Source: a virus | Taxonomy: Duplodnaviria; Heunggongvirae; Uroviricota; Caudoviricetes | Length of the DNA stretch: 64,000 nt | Virus record (IMG/VR): IMGVR_UViG_3300031088_000793 | Strand: one strand, 5' to 3' | In this document: positions 9,423 through 19,229 of the stretch, piece by piece | Layout of the letters: the number at the start of each line of letters is the position of its first letter | Position numbering within the stretch: position 1 is the stretch's first letter | Translations under genes and position numbers: made by a program | Notes under the pieces: generated by a model | Told to the model about the DNA's origin: nothing | Seen by the model: the letters and a program-made list of their open reading frames with translations, nothing else | Databases searched by the model: none

Positions 9423-10043
9423 CTATTCCGCCTCGGGAGCAACTGTGGGGGCAGGGCTCCGACCGCCTAGCTGGAGCTGAGGACCCTCTTCGAGCTTCGG
9501 AGCGTAGAAGGGCTTGTCGCTTACCTCAACGGGCTTCTCGACAGGCTTGGCGGGTTCCTTCACAGGCAGAGGCTCCAGGGAGGTGAAAGCTTCTCCATCT
9601 GAGGACCGGGCGAGCTCGAAGTCCTTGCCGTTCCAGATCAGCGAGACCTCCTGGCGCTCAAAGCTGGTTCCCTCGGTTCGGAGGTTGCGCTCAGCAGTGC
9701 CGTAGACCTTGAAGTCATCCTCGGGCTCAGCGGCCGGGTACTTCAGCTCCTTGACTTCGCCCTCAGTGAGCTCGATCCCATAGTAGTCTTCGATCTGTTC
9801 CTGTACCTGACTGTTCCGCTCGCTGAGTTTCTTCTCAGCATCACCCTCAACGGGTGAAGTGCTGAAGAAGAACACTCCTGACATCACGAATGCGCCCAGC
9901 GCAAAGACAGTGTTGAGTAGGTTGCCGCCTCCGTCAAAGGCCGCACCGACGCATAGGATACCTGCAAGCAAGAGGACGGCAGCGACGATGTAGTGCTCTG
10001 TGCTCACGCTTTCAGCTGTTTCTGCGAGCCTGATGAAGTTCAT
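9423..10043 (-). CDS. two-TM membrane protein, family B (7/9)
   Basis: Family motifs. Confidence 0.8.
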   Translation of the reverse strand: MNFIRLAETAESVSTEHYIVAAVLLLAGILCVGAAFDGGGNLLNTVFALGAFVMSGVFFFSTSPVEGDAEKKLSERNSQVQEQIEDYYGIELTEGEVKELKYPAAEPEDDFKVYGTAERNLRTEGTSFERQEVSLIWNGKDFELARSSDGEAFTSLEPLPVKEPAKPVEKPVEVSDKPFYAPKLEEGPQLQLGGRSPAPTVAPEAE

Positions 10044-10101
10044 GGTATTCCTACTCTACAAATAAGATGATCGGCCGGCGGAAGTCGATAGGCGGGCTGG
10101 G

Positions 10102-10590
10102 TCAGTTCTGAGCTTCGAGGGGGACAAAGTCCTCGCCGTTCTCGGACTGGAAGATGCCGAAGCTGTCCTCATCCCAGACGAGATAGAGCTTCCTCTCGAG
10201 GAGCTTCTCGTCTCCAGCCTTGGTGATCTTGTCGATGGAGCCGAAGGCCTCGAAGTTTGACTCGGGCTCAGCTTTGGGGTAGTTGAGCTTTGCAAGCTCA
10301 CTCTCAGTGAGCTCGAGTTCGTAGATCTCCTCGATGGCGGCAATCACTCTGCTGTCTCGCTCCTGAAGTGCGTTTCGCTTCGCATGATCTGAGAGCCCAT
10401 CTCCCATCAAAGCGAGGACCATACCTCCTACCATGGACAGTGCCACTACGACAGCCAGCCATTTGGACACTCTCTTTTGGGTCATCAGAACGAAGAAGCC
10501 AAAAGCAAAGACACCCAGGAGTATGATCCCTCCCACGCCCATGAGGGTGAAGATTGTGCTGTCGATGGGTTCTGGGGCAATGAAGTCCAT
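10102..10590 (-). CDS. two-TM membrane protein, family B (8/9)
   Basis: Family motifs. Confidence 0.8.
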   Translation of the reverse strand: MDFIAPEPIDSTIFTLMGVGGIILLGVFAFGFFVLMTQKRVSKWLAVVVALSMVGGMVLALMGDGLSDHAKRNALQERDSRVIAAIEEIYELELTESELAKLNYPKAEPESNFEAFGSIDKITKAGDEKLLERKLYLVWDEDSFGIFQSENGEDFVPLEAQN

Positions 10591-10655
10591 GGGAGTGTTC
10601 CTGTTCTAGATTCGGTCGAAGTCAGTCAGCTGGAGAAAGCCGGAGTCAGTTGGAC

Positions 10656-11174
10656 TCAGTCCTGGCGGTCGAGCTGCTGGAAGCTCTCCCCGTCAGCCGA
10701 CTGGGAGAGCTGGAGCTCATCGTTGGCCCAGACGAGGTAGATGGTCTGCTTGGAGAAGTCAGCATCCTGGAGCTGCTCGTTGCGGACGATGGAGCCGAAG
10801 ACCTCGAAGTCCCTCTCGGGAGCCGCAGTGGGGTACTCCAGATCATTGACCTCAACCTCGGTGAGCTGAAGCCCGTAGGCTGCATCGATCTGGGTGCTGA
10901 TGAGCTCGTTCCGGTCATCGATGGCCTCAGCCTGCGCCTTGTAGTCAGGCCGGTCGCCACTAGAAAGCATGGCGCCGCCGAAGAGGAAGCCGACGAAGCC
11001 AGGTATGAAGAGGACAAGTCCTCCGATAGCGGACAGGATATTCTCCTTTTCCGCACCCTGGGTAAAGAGGAAAAGTCCCCCTACGAAGGCCAGAGCACCC
11101 AAGATGAGCACTGGCAGCGCGAATCCTGGGACTACAGTTACAAGGCTGTCGAGATCTAGAGAAATGGGCTGCAT
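10656..11174 (-). CDS. two-TM membrane protein, family B (9/9)
   Basis: Family motifs. Confidence 0.8.
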   Translation of the reverse strand: MQPISLDLDSLVTVVPGFALPVLILGALAFVGGLFLFTQGAEKENILSAIGGLVLFIPGFVGFLFGGAMLSSGDRPDYKAQAEAIDDRNELISTQIDAAYGLQLTEVEVNDLEYPTAAPERDFEVFGSIVRNEQLQDADFSKQTIYLVWANDELQLSQSADGESFQQLDRQD

Positions 11175-11176
11175 GG

Positions 11177-11785
11177 TCAGTCTTTCTTCTGAGATTGAGA
11201 AATCAGTAGGTCTTCGACGGCCTGAACGATGAGCTCGCGCTCCTCGGCCAGAGTAGGCTCAGAGCCATCGCGGTCTTCGATGGCCACAGCGAAGTCTTCG
11301 GGGCCATCGCCAGTGGACTGGATCGAGAAGTGCTTGATCCGGCCATTGCTGTAGCCGTAGGCTGCCATGTCATCGATGATGTCATCTGGGACCAGTCTGC
11401 CACCCACAGCAGCCCGGGCCTCGTTGCGCCGTCGGCAGTCATCGATGGTGAAGTCGAGATGGCCATGGACTACGCGAGCATCGAAGCGTCGAGCGAGTTC
11501 CACGAGGGGACGGATCCTGTACTCATTGAGGTTGGTGTCTGAGACAACCACGACCCGACCCTGGCTCAGAGCGTCCTCGATGAGCTCATGCTGAGCGGCT
11601 GTGACCAGTGCCTCGCTGGCATCGTCGTGGCCCTTCTTGTGGTAATCCGCAGGGAGGAGAAGAACTCGAAGCTCATCTCGCTCGGCCACCGTGACGAGAT
11701 CGGGATAGAGCCTGAGCAGCCAGCGCGCCAGATAGGACTTTCCGGCTCCAGGAAGGCCGTGAGTGAGCACGAGCAGGCCGCCCAT
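11177..11785 (-). CDS. P-loop kinase, polynucleotide-kinase (AAA_33-like) domain only
   Basis: Walker A GLPGAGKS, RDELR, VVVSDTNL, lid C..RN..R...R.VP; no phosphatase domain. Confidence 0.8.
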   Translation of the reverse strand: MGGLLVLTHGLPGAGKSYLARWLLRLYPDLVTVAERDELRVLLLPADYHKKGHDDASEALVTAAQHELIEDALSQGRVVVVSDTNLNEYRIRPLVELARRFDARVVHGHLDFTIDDCRRRNEARAAVGGRLVPDDIIDDMAAYGYSNGRIKHFSIQSTGDGPEDFAVAIEDRDGSEPTLAEERELIVQAVEDLLISQSQKKD

Positions 11786-11992
11786 CGAACTCCCTTTGCT
11801 GTTAGCTGCTGGACTGAGTATCCAGACATTCGAAGCTCACGATACACCATGAGCAGCCCGAAGAACAACCGGAAGTCCCGATGGGCTGGACTTTTTCGCT
11901 CAGAGTCCACAGCTTTCGCTCCAAAGCTGCACAGATGGCCGTCTCTATGCAATGAATGCGTAATGTCGTATGCTAAATATCTAAGTCCAATG

Positions 11993-12039
11993 AGCGAAGA
12001 GAGCCCCGGAGCATGACTTGCTCCGGGGCTCTCTTCGCT
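11993..12039. terminator. 21-bp perfect hairpin
   Basis: AGCGAAGAGAGCCCCGGAGCA-tgact-TGCTCCGGGGCTCTCTTCGCT. Confidence 0.7.
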
Positions 12040-12055
12040 GGCGCTAAGTGATCGG

Positions 12056-12454
12056 CTATCGAGCTCTACTTCCAGCGAGCTCAGCCCGGGCGGCTCGATC
12101 CAGCTCATCGGGTCCGAAGCCGTAGTGGAATCCTCGGCTGCGCCATTCTTCGTAGCGGTCCCGGGGATCATGGCCGTGCTCGATGTCCCGGACCACGATC
12201 TCAGCGAGGATCTCGAAGATCGATCTGCTCACTGCTGGCTCCACGGTCTCAGCGAGGCTGTAGGCAGCTGGAGTCGGTGTGGAATCCCGGGGACTGTCCT
12301 CTGCCGCTGCGTCCTCTGCTGCGGCGCTATAGCTCTCTAGGCTGGGCCGGAAGGACTCGAAGGCGTCGAGGAGATTGCTGAGCACTGAGAGCGGCGTTTG
12401 CTCGTAGGCCCTGCACTGCACTACCTCGTCGATCTCGTCATCGGTGATGAACAT
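12056..12454 (-). CDS. hypothetical protein
   Basis: Start refined to MFITDD with GAGGAG RBS. Confidence 0.65.
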   Translation of the reverse strand: MFITDDEIDEVVQCRAYEQTPLSVLSNLLDAFESFRPSLESYSAAAEDAAAEDSPRDSTPTPAAYSLAETVEPAVSRSIFEILAEIVVRDIEHGHDPRDRYEEWRSRGFHYGFGPDELDRAARAELAGSRAR

Positions 12455-12660
12455 GGGAGTCTCCTCTGCTGATTGGCGCCGCAGCAGAACAGCTGCGGCC
12501 TCAGAGTGACTATCGGCGGACGGCTTCAGGACAGTCAACAGCCGTTGCCAGGAGATGCCCTAGATCTCAACCATCGAGCGATTGCGCGGGGGACGCTATC
12601 CAGGGCGCTCAGAACAGGAGCTACGGCCTCTGAGCGGTGCTCTGAGCGCCCTGGAGCAGC

Positions 12661-13722
12661 TCACCTTTCAGGTGCGGTTCGGAGCTCCCGGAAGGACTCG
12701 AGCGCCACATAGGAGGCTCCCAGCTGAGGCTGAAGCTCCGTTGCCTCGCCGAAGAGAGCTAGCCTCACAGCGTCCCAGATCAGGTTGACTCCAGTGAGCT
12801 CAGTTGCGTAGAGACCCCCAGCCGGTCGAGTGTTGGTTTCGAGGAGAGCTAGCTCCCCACGCCACCAGCGAAGCTGAGTGTTGGTGATGTAGCGAAGGCC
12901 CCGGCCAGCGTAGAGGCGCTCCACGAGCTCAAGCGCTTCGGGATAGGCCTCGGTGAAGACTCGGGATCGGCTGAGCTTAGCCCGGGGAATGAGCTTCAGC
13001 AGCTCTCCCTCGGTGCTGCTGAGACAGTCCACGCTGAGCTCCGGATCCTCGAGGAAGGGTAGGAGCATGAGCTCGGGCAGATGCTCACCAGCAGCTTCGC
13101 TACCCCGATAGGCCTCGATGAGCTTTGCCGAGCTCACGGTGGGATTCCTGCTCAGGAGATCATCGATGGATCGCCGGCCGTCATCGATGATCCGGAAGCC
13201 CTGAGCCCCCACACCCACTGTGGGCTTGATGACCACTCGATCCTCGGGAGAGAGCTCACTGCGGAGCGATTCGAGCGCCAGTTCGATGCCAGCGGCCGTG
13301 GAGGCGACTCTCCAGGGCGGCACGGCTACCCCGGCTCGCTGAGCCGCTGCGTAGGTCAAGTTCTTGTCCTCGAAGAGCCGAAGCGCTGAGGCTGAAGAGG
13401 CCAGCACCTTGACCCCCAGAGCGGCGAAGCGCTCCTCAGCCTCAGCGATGACTTCGATCCGGTGGCGAGGAAGGAAGATCTCGATGCCGTGGCGTTCGCA
13501 GAAGTCTAGCGCCCACTCCACATAGGCCCTGTCGTCGAGCTTCGGCTCTAGCTCAGTGAGGTCAGCACCCTGGAGCACCGGGGAGTTCGGATCACTGTGG
13601 GTGGCGTAGATCTTGACCTCAACTCCATCCGGATTGGCCCGGAGCATGGGCATGAGCCAGAAGTTGGTGGCAAAGGTTCTGTTGAACCAGATCCGGACTG
13701 GAGTGGATGGAGCGAGCGTCAT
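12661..13722 (-). CDS. ATP-grasp protein (ATPgrasp_Ter-like)
   Basis: RIWFNRTF N-terminus, DK..TY, IKPT.G.G..GF, E.SVDCL, LLETNTRPAGG. Confidence 0.8.
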   Translation of the reverse strand: MTLAPSTPVRIWFNRTFATNFWLMPMLRANPDGVEVKIYATHSDPNSPVLQGADLTELEPKLDDRAYVEWALDFCERHGIEIFLPRHRIEVIAEAEERFAALGVKVLASSASALRLFEDKNLTYAAAQRAGVAVPPWRVASTAAGIELALESLRSELSPEDRVVIKPTVGVGAQGFRIIDDGRRSIDDLLSRNPTVSSAKLIEAYRGSEAAGEHLPELMLLPFLEDPELSVDCLSSTEGELLKLIPRAKLSRSRVFTEAYPEALELVERLYAGRGLRYITNTQLRWWRGELALLETNTRPAGGLYATELTGVNLIWDAVRLALFGEATELQPQLGASYVALESFRELRTAPER

Positions 13723-13804
13723 GGACTACCTTCGAGGAGAGCGGGATGGGCAAGTAAGCACTATCTCTCCGTGGCTCTGGAGCGTGGGATGTGGAGGCTA
13801 AAGC

Positions 13805-14245
13805 CTACTCCGTGAGCCGATCCCTGAGCCCCTCGAGCCTTCGCAGCGCAGCCTCAGTGAAGGGAGTGACGGACCTCTCGAGGTAGCTGTCGAAGGCCGA
13901 CTCCAGGCCCGTTCGAGTCAGAGTGGCAGTCACTCCGTCATCATTTGCCCTACCGCTACTGAGCATGAAGCTCCGCAGGTGATCGTACTCAATCTCCACG
14001 ATGTCCTGGGAGTAGCTGTTCCCCAGGGCCTTGGCTAGCTCACTACGAAGTTCTTCGAGAGTGATCGTGAGCGGTGCCGCAGCTCCGGGCGACTCCCAGA
14101 GATCCTCGATGAGATTCTCGTAGAGGGCTGCGATGTAATTCTTGATCTCCCGATGCGCCTCAGAACCTACCTCGTAGTGAGAGTCCACCGACTCAAAGAT
14201 CTCACCGAGCCTTGCTCGACTGAATGTGGGAGTGGGATTGGCCAT
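13805..14245 (-). CDS. hypothetical protein
   Basis: 146 aa with GAAGGA RBS. Confidence 0.65.
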   Translation of the reverse strand: MANPTPTFSRARLGEIFESVDSHYEVGSEAHREIKNYIAALYENLIEDLWESPGAAAPLTITLEELRSELAKALGNSYSQDIVEIEYDHLRSFMLSSGRANDDGVTATLTRTGLESAFDSYLERSVTPFTEAALRRLEGLRDRLTE

Positions 14246-14278
14246 GGTGCTTCCTTCTGTTCTTAGCGAGGCTTAACC

Positions 14279-14518
14279 TCAGCGGCGGGGATCTTCCCTG
14301 AGCATGGACTCGAGGATCGCTCTGTCCTGGGAGCTCAGGGGAGGTCGAGCAACGGAAGTACCCTGAGACCGGGCCGCCTCGAGCTTGCCCTGGATCACGC
14401 CAGCACGGTAGCTGAGCTGAAGCTCTCCGACCTTCTTGCCGAGGATCTTAGCCCCGCGCTGAGCGACACTGAGAGCGGGCCGAGCTGCATTGATCGCTGA
14501 TTCGATTTCCTTTGCCAT
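14279..14518 (-). CDS. hypothetical protein
   Basis: 79 aa with GAAGGA RBS. Confidence 0.6.
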   Translation of the reverse strand: MAKEIESAINAARPALSVAQRGAKILGKKVGELQLSYRAGVIQGKLEAARSQGTSVARPPLSSQDRAILESMLREDPRR

Positions 14519-14562
14519 GGTATTTCCTTCTGTCTGGGTGGAGCAGTCGATCTGAATTGAGC

Positions 14563-15195
14563 CTAGAGCTCGATGCGGTCACCCACGAGGGGGATCTTCT
14601 TAGCAGCGAGGTAGTGCTCAGTGAGCTCCCGAGTGAGGGGCGCCTTACCCATCACGGTGATCTGAGAGGGAGTGAGGCTCCGGCGCTTGCCGTCACCGGC
14701 CAGGGGCTTAGCTCGGATCTTGCAGCTCTGCAGCGTGAGGAGTGCGAAGTCCTTGGGGAGCTTCTTGAAGCGTCTGTGGGTTTCGGGGAGAAGGAGCAGT
14801 GCGAGATGAGTGCCGATCCACTCCGGATCAACGAGCTGGATGAACTCTCGGTTGTCCCTCGCAGCGTAGTCGTAGTCCCAGCTGATCCAGTAGACCCTCT
14901 GAGTGCTCTGCTCGAGATAGAGGCGGAACTCGTACTCCTCGTAGGGCTTACCCTTGCCGTCATCGAGGGTGATCTCCTCGACCTCGAAGAAGCTGTTGTC
15001 GCTGCCTCCAGTGCCGAGGATGAGATCGCCCTTGGCGAAGGACTGACCGAGCCAGTCCTTGCCGAAAGGCGCCTTGCGCTGAGCCGAGCCAGCCGCTGGC
15101 TGAAGCTGCTGGATCTGCTTGACCTGCTGCTCCAGGGGAGGGAAGTTGAAGGGGTTGGGGATCTGATCCCAGGGCTTTTGGTTTGCTGCGCTCAT
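14563..15195 (-). CDS. hypothetical protein
   Basis: 210 aa, coding-like codon usage. Confidence 0.65.
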   Translation of the reverse strand: MSAANQKPWDQIPNPFNFPPLEQQVKQIQQLQPAAGSAQRKAPFGKDWLGQSFAKGDLILGTGGSDNSFFEVEEITLDDGKGKPYEEYEFRLYLEQSTQRVYWISWDYDYAARDNREFIQLVDPEWIGTHLALLLLPETHRRFKKLPKDFALLTLQSCKIRAKPLAGDGKRRSLTPSQITVMGKAPLTRELTEHYLAAKKIPLVGDRIEL

Positions 15196-15287
15196 CGTCT
15201 AATCCTTGCTTGAGGCCGTCAGGCTCTTCTCTGGTCTTACTGATCCTATCATACCGAAGTGCCCTGCCCAGACCAGCCCCTACGCCG

Positions 15288-15316
15288 TTGCGCTGAGCAG
15301 TGCCATAGCATAGGAT
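15288..15316 (+). promoter_or_regulatory. promoter with TTGCGC -35 variant
   Basis: TTGCGC-17-TAGGAT at a strand switch. Confidence 0.6.
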
Positions 15317-15369
15317 AGCACGGCCACAGCCATGCCGAGCTGTGCTCTAACTCCGAAGGACTCTCACCG

Positions 15370-15543
15370 ATGGCTTTCTCTCAGCTCCCCCAGGGCTTCG
15401 TTCCCCGGGACTCTCCTCCGCTTCGCTACAGCACTACCCTGGAGCCCGTGGACTCTCGCTGGCTCGTCGTCGAGGCAATCGGCACGCTGGAGACTCCGAT
15501 CTCCGGAGATGATCTCACTCGGCTCAGGGCTGCTGGGCAGTAG
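15370..15543 (+). CDS. small hypothetical protein (57 aa, MAFSQLPQG...)
   Basis: GAAGGA RBS downstream of promoter; below ORF-track cutoff. Confidence 0.5.
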   Translation: MAFSQLPQGFVPRDSPPLRYSTTLEPVDSRWLVVEAIGTLETPISGDDLTRLRAAGQ

Positions 15544-15619
15544 TTTCTCCACGGCCATTGCGGCCTGGCTAGCTGTGGCATAGAGTAAGCCGTACCACAT
15601 CCCCGAACTAGGAGTCCCC

Positions 15620-15943
15620 ATGGGCTACGCATTCAACAGCGCCAAGAGCCAGCTGGACAAGCGCACGCTGGGCGGATTCTTCCCCGCCCCCATCGGCATC
15701 CCCATGACCGAGGACACCGCCGCGATCCTCGAAGACAGCATCCTGGAGCTCGGGCTCCCCGTCTACGAGGGCGACCGCACCACGGCCTATGCCCTGGAGG
15801 TCGATGGCAAGGAGGTCGGCACGGTCCGGGGCAGTGGGCACTCCTGGTACTTCATCGACCTCGCTGGCAAGCGAAGCGAGAAGACCTACCGCTCGCGGAA
15901 GCTCAGCTCCAACGCCCTCGCGCTCCAGAGCTTCGCCGAGTAG
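15620..15943 (+). CDS. hypothetical protein
   Basis: AGGAG RBS, promoter TTGCGG-17-TAGAGT at 15558-15586. Confidence 0.75.
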   Translation: MGYAFNSAKSQLDKRTLGGFFPAPIGIPMTEDTAAILEDSILELGLPVYEGDRTTAYALEVDGKEVGTVRGSGHSWYFIDLAGKRSEKTYRSRKLSSNALALQSFAE

Positions 15944-16059
15944 ATCCTTTACCCTACGGCGCTCCCGGCAGCATCCATTGCGCGGCTGCGCTCCGTAGTA
16001 TAAGGTGCAACTAGGGAGCCAGCAAGGCTCCCCCCGACCGACAGGAAAGGTTCGATCCC

Positions 16060-16371
16060 ATGGCTTCGATCCCCAAGCTCCTCATGGATGAGTTCTACGC
16101 CATGGAGCGAGCAGCTCTGGACGCGGAGGACTACGATCGGTCCACCGCGTTCTCCTCCTGTGAGAGCATGGTCAACAACTTCATGCACGGCCGGGAGCCC
16201 CGGATCACGCTGAGCTTCTGCCGGAAGATCTTCCTCGAGAACTCGCTCAACGAGGACTTCGAGGCCGGCAGCCGGGAGGCCTACGCTGAGGCCGTCATCG
16301 TCGTGGACATCTTCGCTGACCAGTACGGCCTGAAGCTCATCTCCGAACCCTACTCCTCCGAGACGCTCTAG
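16060..16371 (+). CDS. hypothetical protein
   Basis: RBS and strong GC3 bias. Confidence 0.75.
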   Translation: MASIPKLLMDEFYAMERAALDAEDYDRSTAFSSCESMVNNFMHGREPRITLSFCRKIFLENSLNEDFEAGSREAYAEAVIVVDIFADQYGLKLISEPYSSETL

Positions 16372-16418
16372 TCTCAGCCCACCAGAAACATCCTACGATT
16401 CAGCAGAAAGGCCCACCC

Positions 16419-17036
16419 GTGGCTATCGAATCCACCACGCAGCACATCCTCGACAAGCTCTCCGAGACCCACAATCTCTCCATGCGGAGGGCGAAGTTCG
16501 GCGAGGCAGACGGCCTCAACAAGGCCATGACCATCCTGATCTGCAGGGTCGCCGAGGAGGGACCCGGGTTCACTCCGGATTCACTCCGGGCCGTGACGAG
16601 GCACCTCCGAGAGAAGGCTCGAAGCTCCGGCTTCTACGAGTCCGTCCAGGGAGGCCTGACCACGGCCGCTGACCTCATCGATCAGATCGCCGAGACCTAC
16701 GGGGTCTACGAAGCGACGGATGAGGAAGAAGCGCCTTCGGTCCTCCCGGAGCCCGTGATCCCCGCCCCCATCGGCGAGATCGTCAGCCTCGACACCGACC
16801 CCCGGGCTGAGCGCGAGCGGATCCAGGGCTTCCTCCAGGCCGCAGAGCTCGAGCTCCTCGCCTGGGCCAGCGGCAATCGCTCCAGCAACAACGAGCAGCT
16901 CAACGCCGAGGCGAGCCCCGAGGATCGCGGTGAGACCCTGGTCCGCATCGCTCAGCAGGACGCCGCAGAGCTGGAGCTCGCCATCCGGAAGGTCGAGGCG
17001 CTCCGGCTCCTCCTCGCCGGTCTGCCCACCAGCTGA
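16419..17036 (+). CDS. hypothetical protein
   Basis: C-terminal helix pair similar to 17086..17580. Confidence 0.75.
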   Translation: MAIESTTQHILDKLSETHNLSMRRAKFGEADGLNKAMTILICRVAEEGPGFTPDSLRAVTRHLREKARSSGFYESVQGGLTTAADLIDQIAETYGVYEATDEEEAPSVLPEPVIPAPIGEIVSLDTDPRAERERIQGFLQAAELELLAWASGNRSSNNEQLNAEASPEDRGETLVRIAQQDAAELELAIRKVEALRLLLAGLPTS

Positions 17037-17085
17037 CTCCAGCTTCCGGCAAGATCCTAGACAGCACAGAAGAAGGGGCCGCCCT

Positions 17086-17580
17086 ATGGCCATGATCCAT
17101 CAGGAATTGAAGCGAGACATCCTCGAGCTCAACGCCGATGCCGCTCGAGTCGAGCAGTGGGACAGTACCGCCGTCTATCTCAAGGCTGTGCGGTACCTCG
17201 CCACCCTCCAGGGCTCCGGCACCGAGGACGGACTCACTCTCCGACAGTTCTACGCGCACTACGCGGGGAACGCTGGCTATCAGGGCTACACGGACGGCGA
17301 GCGAACGGCTATCCGCAACCTCATGGGGCTCGCTGAGGCCGCAGGTGCCCGGATCGGCGTGAAGGCCACCGTCGCTCCCCTGAAGCCCCGGACCGCGATC
17401 CAGAAGCTCCAGGACCAGATCAGCGATGCTGAGTGCGAGCTTGAGCTCTGGGTCAACGGCACTGCCGGCAGCGAGGGCTTCGAGCACTCGAAGAGCCTGC
17501 GGGAAGCCCTGGAGCGAGTCCAGGCGCTGCAGATCCTCCTGAGCTCCACTCTGAGGAGGCGCTCTGATGGCTGGGGATAG
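17086..17580 (+). CDS. hypothetical protein
   Basis: Start refined to MAMIHQ; partial paralog of 16419..17036. Confidence 0.7.
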   Translation: MAMIHQELKRDILELNADAARVEQWDSTAVYLKAVRYLATLQGSGTEDGLTLRQFYAHYAGNAGYQGYTDGERTAIRNLMGLAEAAGARIGVKATVAPLKPRTAIQKLQDQISDAECELELWVNGTAGSEGFEHSKSLREALERVQALQILLSSTLRRRSDGWG

Positions 17581-17743
17581 CGGCGAGCAGAAAGACTACA
17601 CCGAGGCTGAGGTGCAGGAGCTCCTCTTCTCCAACATCCGGAGCCTCGGCATCGACAAGACCCTGGAGGAGATCCTCCAGCGCAGAGAGAACGAGACCCG
17701 AGCAGCTGCTCAGGAGAACGGAGCCACCGATGGCCAAGGCTGA
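17567..17743 (+). CDS. small hypothetical protein (58 aa, MAGDSGEQ...)
   Basis: GAGGAGG RBS; fills the operon gap. Confidence 0.6.
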   Translation: MAGDSGEQKDYTEAEVQELLFSNIRSLGIDKTLEEILQRRENETRAAAQENGATDGQG

Positions 17744-18029
17744 AGACAAAGAGCAGGAAGGCTCCGGACTGGGGTTCCTGGCAACGCTCAATGAGGATCT
17801 GCTCACGGCGGCCCTCGACGGCATCGAGAGCGCTCAGGGGAAGCTCCGGCCCAACACGCTCCTTCCCTTCGGCGAGGACGAGTCGCTGCTCACCGACGGA
17901 GAGCGGGAGGACACCGAGGCTGGTCAGCGCGCTGTGCTCAACGGCATGACCCTGGCTGAGTACCTCGACGACCAGGGCGAGGAAGCCTGGGAGCACTTCG
18001 CTCGAGACGCAGAGCGGACGGCTGGCTGA
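17730..18029 (+). CDS. acidic hypothetical protein
   Basis: GGAG RBS, operon context. Confidence 0.7.
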   Translation: MAKAEDKEQEGSGLGFLATLNEDLLTAALDGIESAQGKLRPNTLLPFGEDESLLTDGEREDTEAGQRAVLNGMTLAEYLDDQGEEAWEHFARDAERTAG

Positions 18030-18031
18030 CC

Positions 18032-18133
18032 ATGGCCATCGAGGAGAGCACAGCACAGCAGGAGACCGGAGCCTACGGTCTCGACGAGTATCTCGAGGAC
18101 ATGCTGGACTATCCCGAGGACTGGGCTGACTGA
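18032..18133 (+). CDS. very small acidic peptide (33 aa)
   Basis: MAIEESTAQQETGAYGLDEYLEDMLDYPEDWAD, starting 2 nt after the previous stop. Confidence 0.45.
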   Translation: MAIEESTAQQETGAYGLDEYLEDMLDYPEDWAD

Positions 18134-18297
18134 GCAGAGGCTCGAATCCGCCCGAAGCTTGGATGGGGCAGCGGAGGGTCTTTCCACCCCGCTGCCCCGC
18201 TGTATTGCCTTCGAGGAAACACTATGCCGACAGCTGACGGAAGTCAACCGTCCCCCACCGATTTTGAAACAGATCCACCGATCCTAGAGGAAGCGCC

Positions 18298-18636
18298 ATG
18301 AGCACAGTTGAGAATCCCACAGTCGATCAGGAGAAGCTGAAGGAGATCGTTCGGATCACCGGCGACCTCGGCCTCATGGGTAGCGGGAGAGCCGCAGTGC
18401 TCCCCAGCCTCATCGAGGACCCTCGCTTCTACATCCCTCGGCCCTACCCGGGTGGCGCTCCCGTCCCCGCTCAGATCATCGACGATCCGGAGCTCGATGT
18501 GGCTCTGGTCCTCGTGCTCGAGCCCTCCACTGGGCTCCTTCGAGACGCTCGGATCATCAGTGGCGACGACAGCACCCTGAGCGAGGAGCTCATCGACGCG
18601 GCCAACATCCAGCTCTCGGCTGTGCTCCAGGGCTGA
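18298..18636 (+). CDS. hypothetical protein
   Basis: GAGGA RBS. Confidence 0.7.
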   Translation: MSTVENPTVDQEKLKEIVRITGDLGLMGSGRAAVLPSLIEDPRFYIPRPYPGGAPVPAQIIDDPELDVALVLVLEPSTGLLRDARIISGDDSTLSEELIDAANIQLSAVLQG

Positions 18637-18685
18637 GAGCAGCCTGCCGGTTGCGCTCGCCGGGAGCGAGTGTTAGGTTGACCCC

Positions 18686-18874
18686 ATGAGCTCCTCCACC
18701 TTGAAGAAGTACCTGGGTCAGAACCCGGTCAACCTGACGGCCATCCTCGCTGCGGTGATCGTGAACCTGGCCGTCGATGACTTCCAGATCGACATCCTCT
18801 GCGCTGCGGCAATCGGCAGCTGCGGCTCTAACCTCTTCCGCAGCGCTCTCAAGATGGGCCGAGAGCCCCGCTGA
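18686..18874 (+). CDS. small two-TM protein, leaderless
   Basis: TTGCGC-17-TAGGTT-6-ATG (18651-18679). Confidence 0.7.
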   Translation: MSSSTLKKYLGQNPVNLTAILAAVIVNLAVDDFQIDILCAAAIGSCGSNLFRSALKMGREPR

Positions 18875-18959
18875 CCCACTGCGGGCTGAGCGTCACCATC
18901 CGCTCCCTCGGAAACTCTCCGAGTTGCGCCGGAGCTCCAGGGGATGTTAGCATAGCTCC

Positions 18960-19145
18960 ATGAACCTCAACCTCGACGCTGTGAAGCGCTACATCCGTGC
19001 CAACCCCCTCGCCTTCGTCCTCATCGCCGTGGGTCTCCTCAACGGACTCATGGGCTCGACCCTGTTCTCGATCCTCTTCATCGGTGCCGGCATCTTCGTG
19101 CTGGTCCGTCAGGCCCGCAACGGAGGCGGCCGGGATCGGATCTGA
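18960..19145 (+). CDS. small two-TM protein, leaderless; paralog of 18686..18874
   Basis: TTGCGC-18-TAGCAT-6-ATG; K.Y...NP motif shared. Confidence 0.7.
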   Translation: MNLNLDAVKRYIRANPLAFVLIAVGLLNGLMGSTLFSILFIGAGIFVLVRQARNGGGRDRI

Positions 19146-19174
19146 TCGCTGACTGATGCTCTCCTCGTAGAGCT

Positions 19175-19208
19175 GTAGCCCCGCACTTGACTTTCGGTGC
19201 GGGGCTAC
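19175..19208. terminator. hairpin between convergent genes
   Basis: GTAGCCCCGCAC...GTGCGGGGCTAC. Confidence 0.7.
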
Positions 19209-19229
19209 CTCTCTGTGGATCTGCTCTAG

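Noticed and set aside
16014-16059. GGTTCGATCCC preceded by a hairpin, tRNA-like
   Set aside because: It is the RBS spacer of 16060..16371; no D-arm, anticodon arm or acceptor pairing.
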